This document shows positions 9,966 to 17,604 of a stretch of DNA of 64,000 nucleotides, piece after piece. A program made the translations under genes and the position numbers. Position 1 is the stretch's first letter. Each line of letters opens with the position of its first letter. The notes under the pieces were generated by a model. It saw nothing but the letters and a program-made list of their open reading frames with translations. It searched no databases and was not told where the DNA came from. This DNA comes from an uncultured Candidatus Saccharibacteria bacterium (GTDB lineage: Bacteria; Patescibacteriota; Minisyncoccia; Minisyncoccales; GWA2-38-27): NCBI GenBank assembly GCA_964509645.1, contig CAZDXV010000001.1:15890-79889 (forward strand), in the 5' to 3' direction.

Positions 9966-10036
9966 GAAGTTGTTTCAAACCGCTTTCACGAAGGCGGCTT
10001 GAAACAGCTTCTTTGCGGAGAAGAGCTGTTTTTTTT
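9966..10036 (+). promoter_or_regulatory. Putative attenuator leader (overlapping long hairpin and terminator)
   Basis: Hairpin 9966-10011 shares AAACAGCTTC with the 5' arm of a hairpin+T8 at 10002-10036. Confidence 0.5.
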
Positions 10037-10070
10037 AAGGTTCTTTTACATTAAGGATGGGAGAGAAAAA

Positions 10071-10424
10071 ATGAGTGAGCTAGTGAAAATGTCTGAAAAA
10101 TTGAAGCCCGGAACAAAAGTGCTAATCAACAAAGGAAGAAAGAAAGGAGAGTTTGGCGTAATAATTCCGGACACAGAAAAAGTTTGTTGTAACGACACAA
10201 TTCTTGTTGAGCTGGGTCCTCTCTCTGGCGGGGTTTTTGATCTTAGAGACCTCGAAGTTTTAAAAAGAATCGATTGGAGCGAAGTCAATCTTCGAAGATG
10301 TATGGGGTGTATTTTTGAAACTGCGAGCGGATGCGGAAGATACAAGCGCTGTAGAGGAGATCTTTTGCAGCGCATGGTAGGCTGGATTCCTTCCGGCGTA
10401 CCTCCTCGTTGTAGAAAAAATTAA
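10071..10424 (+). CDS. Hypothetical protein, KOW/SH3-like N-terminus and Cys-rich C-terminus
   Basis: PGTKVLINKGRKKGEFGVI; CMGC...C....C; ATG 10071 after GGGAG; terminator at about 10429-10455. Confidence 0.6.
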   Translation: MSELVKMSEKLKPGTKVLINKGRKKGEFGVIIPDTEKVCCNDTILVELGPLSGGVFDLRDLEVLKRIDWSEVNLRRCMGCIFETASGCGRYKRCRGDLLQRMVGWIPSGVPPRCRKN

Positions 10425-10494
10425 AATTAGAGCGGTCTTGTTTGAGGCCGCTTTTATTTGATTTTAGCTTAATTTTATGTTAAAAAGAGGTATT

Positions 10495-13191
10495 ATGATG
10501 AATATGCAAGGAGGAAATTTTACCCATAAAGCCCAGAAAGCAATACTTTCTTCTCAGAATTCTGCCCAGAATAACGGTCAGCAGCAGGTGGATGCTTTGC
10601 ACTTGCTTAGCGCTTTGCTTTCTCAGCAGGAAAGCATTGTTTTGACGCTGATGGACAAGCTGGGTGTTGACAAGGACAACTTAAAAGAAAAAACGAGAAA
10701 AGCCTTAACTCAAATTTCCAGCGTGTCTGCTGCTAAAGGACAGGGACAGTTCTATCTGACTCAAGATATGGCGAAAGTTTTGGAAAGAGCCAGCAAGGAG
10801 GCTATGAGAATGGGAGATGAGTTTATTTCAGTAGAACATTTGTTTTTAGCTTTATTAGCTGTTGAGACCAAAGCTAAAGAGATTTTAGATAAAGCCACTT
10901 TTGTTAAGGGATCGGGGAGCGCAGGAACTTTGGAGGTCTCCAATCTTGATTATGAAGCGGTTCTCAAAAATTTATCTAAGATAAGAGGCAATTCTAGAAT
11001 TACAGATCCGGATCCTGAGTCCAAATATCAAGTTGTAGAGAGGTACACCAAGAGCCTTGTCTCTCTTGCCAGGCAGGGCAAATTGGACCCTGTTATAGGA
11101 AGAGAAGACGAGATAAGGAGGTTGATGCAGGTTTTGTCTAGAAGGACCAAGAATAATCCTGTCTTGATAGGGGAAGCCGGTGTGGGAAAAACAGCTATTG
11201 TAGAAGGGCTTGCCCAGAGAATAATAAAGGGAAATGTTCCTGAAAGCTTAAAAGATAAAGAAATAATCAGTTTAGATTTGGGTGCCTTAATTGCCGGTAC
11301 AAAATACAGGGGAGAATTTGAAGATAGGGTAAAAGCTTTGCTAAAGGAAGTTGCCAGAGCTTCAGGAAAATACATCCTCTTTATAGACGAGCTTCATACT
11401 CTTGTGGGAGCCGGAGGAGCTGAAGGAGCTATCGACGCTTCCAATCTTTTAAAACCCGCCTTAGCCAGAGGAGAATTGAAGGCTATAGGAGCTACAACCT
11501 TGAAAGAATACCAGAAGTATATAGAAAAAGATACAGCTTTGGAAAGAAGATTCCAGCCTATTTATGTAAAAGAGCCCTCCGTAGAAGATACAGTATCTAT
11601 TTTAAGAGGCATTAAAGAAAAATACGAAGTTCATCACGGCCTTAAGATAAAAGATTCAGCTTTAGTAGCTGCAGCCGAGCTTTCTTCCCGATATATTACA
11701 GACCGGTTTCTGCCGGATAAAGCGGTGGATTTAATGGATGAAGCCATGTCTGCTTTAAGACTGGAAATAGAATCAGAACCCACTAAGCTTGACGATCTTA
11801 AAAAAGAGATTCAGAAGTTGGAAATAGAAAAAGAAGCCATTAAAAAAGAAAAAGGTTCTTCTAAAAGATTGAAGGCCATAAAAAGATCTTTGGCTGATCT
11901 GAAAGAGAAAGCCGAGGAGTTTGAAACCAAGTGGAGGTCAGAGAAAGATCTTATTCATGAGATAAGAAACAAGAAAAAGAAAATAGACGATCTTACCTTT
12001 CAATCAGAGATAGCTCAAAGAGAGGCCGATTTGCAGCAAGTAGCTGAAATAAAATACGGCAAAATTCCAGAGCTTTTAAAAGATATAAGGAAAGCTGAAA
12101 AAAAGCTTGGCAGAATACAAAAAAGCAGGCAGATTCTTAAAGAAGAAGTTTCAGAGGAGGATGTAGCCATAATTGTTTCTCGCTGGACAGGAATCCCCGT
12201 TACCAAGCTTATAGAAGCTGAAGCCAAAAAGCTAGAAAAGATGGAAGATATACTTTCAAAAAGAGTAATAGGGCAGTCAGAAGCGATCTCTGCCACATCT
12301 AACGCTCTAAGAAGGGCAAGAGCCGGGATATCAGAGGAAGATAGGCCTTTGGGTTCTTTTATGTTTTTAGGTCCTACCGGTGTAGGTAAGACGGAAACCG
12401 CTCGCGCCCTAGCTGAGTTTCTTTTTAACGACGAAAACTCCTTAGTTCGCCTTGATATGTCAGAGTATATGGAAAAGCACGCCGTGTCCAAAATGATAGG
12501 TTCTCCTCCTGGTTATGTTGGTTTTGACGAAGGAGGACAGCTTACAGAAAAGATAAGGAGAAGGCCTTACAGCGTTATTCTTTTGGATGAAATTGAAAAA
12601 GCTCATCCAGATGTTTTTAACATCCTTCTTCAGATTTTAGAAGACGGAAGGCTTACTGACGCTAAGGGGAGAACGGCTTCTTTCAAGAACGCTATTTTAA
12701 TAATGACATCCAACATTGGTTCTGAGCATATAGCAAAGATGGGTTCTTTGGGATTTTTGGGAGACAGTAAGGGCCAGGAAAGAGAAAGCTTGAAAGATAA
12801 AGTAATGGGAGCTTTAAAAGAAAGCTTTAGGCCTGAGTTTATAAACAGAATAGATGATATCGTTATATTTAATTATCTGAGCCAAAAAGAGATTAAGCAA
12901 ATTGTAGAACTTGAGATTGATAAAGTCAAAGCTCGTTTAAAGAAGAAAAATATTAAGATAAAGGTTTCAGAAAAAGCCAAAGGTCTTTTAGCGGAGCAAG
13001 GCTTTGATCCTAATCTTGGAGCAAGGCCGCTGAAGAGAATTATTCAGCAGAAGGTTTTAAATCCCTTGTCTTTAAAGATTGTAGCCGGTGTTATAAAGGA
13101 GGGAGAAAGGGTTTTGATTGATGTTGAAAAAAAGAAGATTACAGTAGAAGCTCCTTCTGAAACAAAGAAGAAAACCACTGTTTTAAAATGA
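10495..13191 (+). CDS. clpB: Chaperone ClpB
   Basis: Clp N repeats, two AAA+ modules ([16 protein letters not shown]), middle coiled coil. Confidence 0.96.
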   Translation: MMNMQGGNFTHKAQKAILSSQNSAQNNGQQQVDALHLLSALLSQQESIVLTLMDKLGVDKDNLKEKTRKALTQISSVSAAKGQGQFYLTQDMAKVLERASKEAMRMGDEFISVEHLFLALLAVETKAKEILDKATFVKGSGSAGTLEVSNLDYEAVLKNLSKIRGNSRITDPDPESKYQVVERYTKSLVSLARQGKLDPVIGREDEIRRLMQVLSRRTKNNPVLIGEAGVGKTAIVEGLAQRIIKGNVPESLKDKEIISLDLGALIAGTKYRGEFEDRVKALLKEVARASGKYILFIDELHTLVGAGGAEGAIDASNLLKPALARGELKAIGATTLKEYQKYIEKDTALERRFQPIYVKEPSVEDTVSILRGIKEKYEVHHGLKIKDSALVAAAELSSRYITDRFLPDKAVDLMDEAMSALRLEIESEPTKLDDLKKEIQKLEIEKEAIKKEKGSSKRLKAIKRSLADLKEKAEEFETKWRSEKDLIHEIRNKKKKIDDLTFQSEIAQREADLQQVAEIKYGKIPELLKDIRKAEKKLGRIQKSRQILKEEVSEEDVAIIVSRWTGIPVTKLIEAEAKKLEKMEDILSKRVIGQSEAISATSNALRRARAGISEEDRPLGSFMFLGPTGVGKTETARALAEFLFNDENSLVRLDMSEYMEKHAVSKMIGSPPGYVGFDEGGQLTEKIRRRPYSVILLDEIEKAHPDVFNILLQILEDGRLTDAKGRTASFKNAILIMTSNIGSEHIAKMGSLGFLGDSKGQERESLKDKVMGALKESFRPEFINRIDDIVIFNYLSQKEIKQIVELEIDKVKARLKKKNIKIKVSEKAKGLLAEQGFDPNLGARPLKRIIQQKVLNPLSLKIVAGVIKEGERVLIDVEKKKITVEAPSETKKKTTVLK

Positions 13192-13871
13192 AAAAAATAG
13201 TTTATTTGATCTTAGCTTTTGTTTTCGGTTCTGCCGGAGGCGTTTTTGCTACTCACATTTTTCAAAATTACTTTATCAAATATGAGAGACCTGTAGAGAT
13301 AGTAGAGAAAAAAGAGATTATTATAGAAGAAAATACAGCCTTGCAAGATAGCGTTTCCCAAATAGAAAAAGCTGTTGTCGGAGTAAGGACTGAAACCTTG
13401 TCGGGGATAATAGAAGGATCTGGTTTGGTTGTAACTACAGACGGCCTGATGGTTACCTTTTCCGACTTAATCCCCAGAGGAGGGGAATTTTCTTTTTACG
13501 TGGAAGGAGAAACTCCTTCCTACCAAGTTTTAAAAAGAGACGAAGAAAGCAATCTTGCCTTAATAAAGCTGGATAAAAACAATTTGGCTACAGTGGGATT
13601 TACCGAGTTTGGAAGTTTAAGATTCGGGCAAAGAGTGTTTTTAATAGGAAAAAGCTTAGAAAAAGGAAAAATTGTTGAAACAGTTAACGAAGGGATTATT
13701 AAAAGATACGATTTAACAGTTATTAAAACAAATATATTAGAGAGCCGGAACCTTGAAGGAAGCCCTTTGTTTAATATCAAGGGTCTTTTGGTAGGATTAG
13801 TTAGGGTTGATTCTTACGGGCAGGTTTCAGCTCTTCCCATTTCCAAGATAAGAGAATTTGCGGGATTTTAA
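13188..13871 (+). CDS. Trypsin-like (HtrA-family) protein, catalytic residues lost
   Basis: [14 protein letters not shown] and [17 protein letters not shown] align with the protease fold but lack His/Ser. Confidence 0.7.
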   Translation: MKKIVYLILAFVFGSAGGVFATHIFQNYFIKYERPVEIVEKKEIIIEENTALQDSVSQIEKAVVGVRTETLSGIIEGSGLVVTTDGLMVTFSDLIPRGGEFSFYVEGETPSYQVLKRDEESNLALIKLDKNNLATVGFTEFGSLRFGQRVFLIGKSLEKGKIVETVNEGIIKRYDLTVIKTNILESRNLEGSPLFNIKGLLVGLVRVDSYGQVSALPISKIREFAGF

Positions 13872-13872
13872 C

Positions 13873-13901
13873 TTGACAGAATAAAATCTTCTCCTTATAA
13901 T
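13873..13901 (+). promoter_or_regulatory. Consensus sigma70 promoter
   Basis: TTGACA-17bp-TATAAT, perfect match. Confidence 0.85.
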
Positions 13902-13986
13902 CAAAACACATCAGGTACGGTGCCTGATGTGTTTTAAATTAGTTCTTTGTCATAACCCGCAAGGCGGGTAGAAAGGAGCAGTCGCG

Positions 13987-14843
13987 ATGAGAGAATCGAC
14001 GGCGCTCAAGATGACCGAAGGCCAAGAAAGAGAGATTGTTCGGCTTTTTGAGGAGGGAGGAAGATGGGCTTTAGGAATTGTTAAAGAGAATTAAGCAGAG
14101 AGGAAGCTCAGGTTATTATCAACAAAGGGAACGAGCTTCGTGAAGATTTCCCTGAACTTCTCAGGAAGCTGGGAAAAGGCAAATTCTCCGACGAAGAAGC
14201 GGAGTCTGACCATGTTTATCCTTCAGGCTACAGCCACAAGGATATCACAGCTCAGACAGATATCCTTCAATCCTTCTTCTCTGGTTTAGGACGAGCCAAA
14301 GAAGAACTGGCAAAAGCTTCTCTTCCCAAGGGAGCAGAAGCCTTTTTCGCCATTCCCCAATGGCAAAAGCTTGGCCAAACTTACGAAGAAGCGGTTGAGA
14401 AGGTTTTCGGGGCTATTGCCTCAAAGAGAGCTTTCCATAGCCTCAGAACCGACTATCTCAGAAGAAACGAAAAAACAGAGAGAATGCTCCAAACCCTGGC
14501 TTAACAGCAAGGAAATCCGGACATCCTTGTGGTTCCCGCCCAATTCGGTCTCAGACACCGAGGAAGGTCTATCAGAAGGGCAAGAGAGATGTTTACAGCC
14601 CAAGAGTTCGGGCTGGGAGCATTCGAAGTGGGGATTATGCTCCTCACTCATCTACACCGCCTGACAGATTACAAAGATCTCTGGGTTGACTGTCCCGGAG
14701 ACGAATATTCTCCGACTGTCGACGGCCAGTTTGTCGACGCATTCTACTTTGGCTTTCACGGCGGTGGGGACGGGTTCTTTGCCCGCTGGGCTGGCAGTGC
14801 CTACGGCCTCTTTGGCTCTGTGTCGGCCTTCCTGCCGCAGTAA
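13987..14843 (+). pseudogene. Disrupted DGR-target-like protein (C-type-lectin-like C-terminus)
   Basis: SD AAAGGAG and ATG 13987; frameshift near 14085-14094; in-frame TAA at 14502-14504; C-terminus WVDCPGDEYSP...FGSVSAFLPQ with A-depleted codons. Confidence 0.75.
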
Positions 14844-14844
14844 A

Positions 14845-14892
14845 TTGGATTTTGGGCTTTGGTTCTTGTCTGGAATCTTGGCTCTTGGATTC
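14845..14892 (+). repeat. Degenerate heptamer tandem repeat (TTGGnyy)
   Basis: ttggatt ttgggct ttggttc ttgtc tggaatc ttggctc ttggatt immediately after the stop. Confidence 0.6.
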
Positions 14893-14898
14893 AAAATT

Positions 14899-14928
14899 AA
14901 GGGGCTGCTTGAAAGAGTAGCCCTTTTT
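14899..14928 (+). terminator. Intrinsic terminator
   Basis: GGGCTGCT/AGTAGCCC stem followed by T-run. Confidence 0.7.
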
Positions 14929-14993
14929 GTTTTGGTTGATTAATGTGTTTTAGGGGTTTAGAATGGAATAAAGGGTAAATCCTGGCTAATTTT

Positions 14994-15092
14994 ATGATAA
15001 AAATAGCGGGAATCATTCTCCTTATAGGTTTTATACTGCTTTGTGTGCTAGGTTTTAGGAAGGGATGGGACGATAAAAACAAACAGTTTTAG
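14994..15092 (+). CDS. Small single-pass membrane protein (32 aa)
   Basis: MIKIAGIILLIGFILLCVLGFRKGWDDKNKQF; upstream TTGATT-17-TAGAAT (14936-14964). Confidence 0.45.
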   Translation: MIKIAGIILLIGFILLCVLGFRKGWDDKNKQF

Positions 15093-15102
15093 CAATTTGT
15101 TT

Positions 15103-15130
15103 TTGACAAAAATTGTTTTTTGGATAGAAT
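15103..15130 (+). promoter_or_regulatory. Sigma70-type promoter now separated from its gene by IS30
   Basis: TTGACA-16bp-TAGAAT followed by GAACCTTTAAA leader motif. Confidence 0.6.
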
Positions 15131-15152
15131 AAGCTTGGAACCTTTAAAGAAC

Positions 15153-16230
15153 ATTCAGTCCTCAAATAGGACACCTGCGATAGGTGTTTTTTTGTTTTGT
15201 AATAGTACCAAAATCTTTTAATGTTTTAAATTGATTATTTTCTAACATTACTTCCAGGGGTGTCTTGTATTTTAAACCTTTTCTCGGCCTGCTGTTGAGT
15301 TTTCTTTCAATTTCTCTGATGTAGCCGTCGCTGTATTTAGAAATGTCGCTGCCTTTGGGAATATATTGCCTGATTAGTTTGTTGATATTTTCAACCCCTC
15401 CTTTTTCCCAGGAATGATAAGGATGGCAGAAGTAAACCGGAGCTCCTAGAAGTTCAGACAATTCCTCGTGTTTTCTGAAAGAGATGTCATTGTCTATGGT
15501 TAGAGAATTAAAACAAACAAATCCACCGGTCATTTCTTTCAGGTAGCGATTAACGACTGCGCAGCTGCGAGTCATTAATCTTTTAATCATCACATACATC
15601 GCTTTTCTTTCGTAAAGGACAATTAATACTCCTTTGCCAGTTTTGTTGGAGACGATGAAGTCTCCTTCCCAATCGCCGAATCTTTGCTTTTTCCCGATTA
15701 TTTCAGGCCTTTCATCAATAAAGACCCTGTTTTTTAGTTGGTTGACTTTTACTCTTCTGCCACTCTTTCTTTTTCTACCTTTGTAGCGAAGATGCTGTTC
15801 CAAAGATCTGCCGTAGACTGAATAGACGAATTTGTAGATGGCTTCCCGGCTGGCGTATTTAATGTGTCTGTCAACTTCTTTTAGTCTGCCGGCTATTTCT
15901 TCTGGCGACCAGTCTGTTTTCAAGTTTTCCTCAACGTAGTTTCTTAATTGTCCATCTTCAACAACTTTCATTCCTTGATATTTGGAATATTTCCTCTTTA
16001 CATAGGCCTTGTGCTGGGCCTTGTAGGGATCATATTTTCCCCTGACGCTGTTTTTAGATATTTCAAGCGAAATGGTGTTGGGGCTTCTTTTGAGTACTTT
16101 GGCAATATCTCTGTTGCTGTACCCTTTCCCTTTTAACAGAGCAATCTCCAGACGCTCTGTTTTTGTTATGTGTTTGTAGTTTCTCATGGCGGTATTTTAC
16201 ACCACCAAGTGTCCTACTTCAAACATGAAT
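15153..16230 (-). mobile_element. IS30-family insertion sequence (~1.08 kb)
   Basis: Imperfect 25-bp terminal IRs (ATTCAGTCCTCAAATAGGACACCTG vs rc ATTCATGTTTGAAGTAGGACACTTG, 19/25 matches) flanking a transposase; exact ends uncertain by a few bp. Confidence 0.85.
15162..16187 (-). CDS. IS30-family DDE transposase
   Basis: N-terminal HTH, WSPEEIAG, GDWEGD, TIDND, PYHSWEKGGVEN, LNSRPRK. Confidence 0.95.
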   Translation of the reverse strand: MRNYKHITKTERLEIALLKGKGYSNRDIAKVLKRSPNTISLEISKNSVRGKYDPYKAQHKAYVKRKYSKYQGMKVVEDGQLRNYVEENLKTDWSPEEIAGRLKEVDRHIKYASREAIYKFVYSVYGRSLEQHLRYKGRKRKSGRRVKVNQLKNRVFIDERPEIIGKKQRFGDWEGDFIVSNKTGKGVLIVLYERKAMYVMIKRLMTRSCAVVNRYLKEMTGGFVCFNSLTIDNDISFRKHEELSELLGAPVYFCHPYHSWEKGGVENINKLIRQYIPKGSDISKYSDGYIREIERKLNSRPRKGLKYKTPLEVMLENNQFKTLKDFGTITKQKNTYRRCPI

Positions 16231-16254
16231 TTACGTTTAAAAAAGGAGAAAGCT

Positions 16255-16563
16255 CTGGCAGAGGATCGAGTGATTTCGGAGGATAATTTCGTGGAATTGG
16301 TGGGAGAAAAGCTTAACATTTTGCAGTTTTCCCGGACTCTGGATCTTTTTCGAAAATTTGGTCCCAGATTATCATGGGACGTGACTAATGTTTTGCTTTA
16401 TGCCGCAGAGCAGGATAAAGCGCAAGACGTTTTGAATATTCTGGAAAATCATTTTAAAGCAGATCTTTCTTTTCAGCACCCTGATGCAAGGGGGCTGAAC
16501 AAAAGGACAGAGATTATGTTTCACGATCTCTGCGTTAAAACGCTTGGTCTTAAACCCTCTTGA
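16255..16563 (+). CDS. Hypothetical protein (start uncertain: CTG 16255 or GTG 16270)
   Basis: AAGGAG at 16243-16248; open frame; terminator CTCTCC-TACG-GGAGAG-T5 at 16575-16595. Confidence 0.55.
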   Translation: MAEDRVISEDNFVELVGEKLNILQFSRTLDLFRKFGPRLSWDVTNVLLYAAEQDKAQDVLNILENHFKADLSFQHPDARGLNKRTEIMFHDLCVKTLGLKPS

Positions 16564-16874
16564 AAGAAAAAGAGCTCTCCTACGGGAGAGTTTTTATTTC
16601 TGTCTAGGTCCAGGTACATATGATACAATAGGCATAAGTTTATGTTTAGAAAATCAAAAAGAAAGATAAAAAGAGATATTAAGAAAGAAAATTACCAGAA
16701 AGAGATAATAGATTTTACTAAAGTGAAAAAAAGGGGGGGGTTAATATTGAAGAGATTCTAAAACGTTTATAGATTTTCTATAGAAGAAAAACTCTTCACA
16801 AAGTTAGTTTTCCACAGGGTTTTGCTTGAACCTTGTGTTTTTTGTTTGTAGAATAGAGAAATTAACTCGTACTT

Positions 16875-17516
16875 ATGACTAAAAAGAAAAAGATTGTTGT
16901 CATATCTTTGTCTATTTTTATTTGGCTTCTTCTTTTTGGAGGAGCTTATTTTCTTTATGAATGGATATACTTTAAAATATCTGAAGGACCTGATCTTTCT
17001 TATGAAAATGAATTTGTGAAGGCAGAAGAGTTTGAGGTTATAGAGAAGCTAGAGGGGAGGTTTGTCAAATGCGAAAAATATTCTTTAAAGGTTAAAGTTC
17101 CCGAGAACTGGACTGTAAAAATTTATAATGGAGTAGCTCTTTATGATCCTAATACTGATGAAGATAATCTGTTAGAAAGCGCGAGGCAGGGAGCTTGCGG
17201 TATGGGAGTTGAGATTTACGAAAATAAAAAAAACAGCTCAGAGTCTACAACCTATGCTGATTATTTGAATAAATTGATTAAATCCTTGGAGAATAGCGGA
17301 CCCCGAGAAGATTCAGAAAGCAGAGAAGAGGTTGTCCTAATTGATGGAAACAAAGGGATTAAGAAAACTTTGTTTCATGAAGAAAAGGTTTCTTTTGTTA
17401 ATATAGAAATGCCTATAAATCAGACAATTTATGGTTTTACGAGTGGTTTTATTGGTTCAGAAAAATGTGTTGATGCTTTTAATAGCATTATGGAAACTGT
17501 AGAGATTAATAAATAG
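16875..17516 (+). CDS. Membrane-anchored extracellular protein (PsbP-like fold possible)
   Basis: Basic N-terminus, one TM, KVPENW and IDGNKG motifs. Confidence 0.6.
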   Translation: MTKKKKIVVISLSIFIWLLLFGGAYFLYEWIYFKISEGPDLSYENEFVKAEEFEVIEKLEGRFVKCEKYSLKVKVPENWTVKIYNGVALYDPNTDEDNLLESARQGACGMGVEIYENKKNSSESTTYADYLNKLIKSLENSGPREDSESREEVVLIDGNKGIKKTLFHEEKVSFVNIEMPINQTIYGFTSGFIGSEKCVDAFNSIMETVEINK

Positions 17517-17604
17517 TTCTTTTATAGCTCTTTCTAATAGTTCTTTAAGATAAGAATATCAAGCTTTATAGAAATTAGATTCTAAAACTAACCTTGATTT
17601 ATTT

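Noticed and set aside
14092-14504. Stop-codon recoding to rescue the DGR-like gene
   Set aside because: Both stops are TAA, the main terminator here, and a frameshift is also required; TGA also ends normal genes such as clpB, so code 25 is not indicated.
14371-14943. Overlapping short ORFs 14371+, 14421-, 14652-, 14686+
   Set aside because: Shadow frames of the GC-richer pseudogene; only the 14529-14843 frame fits the reconstructed protein.
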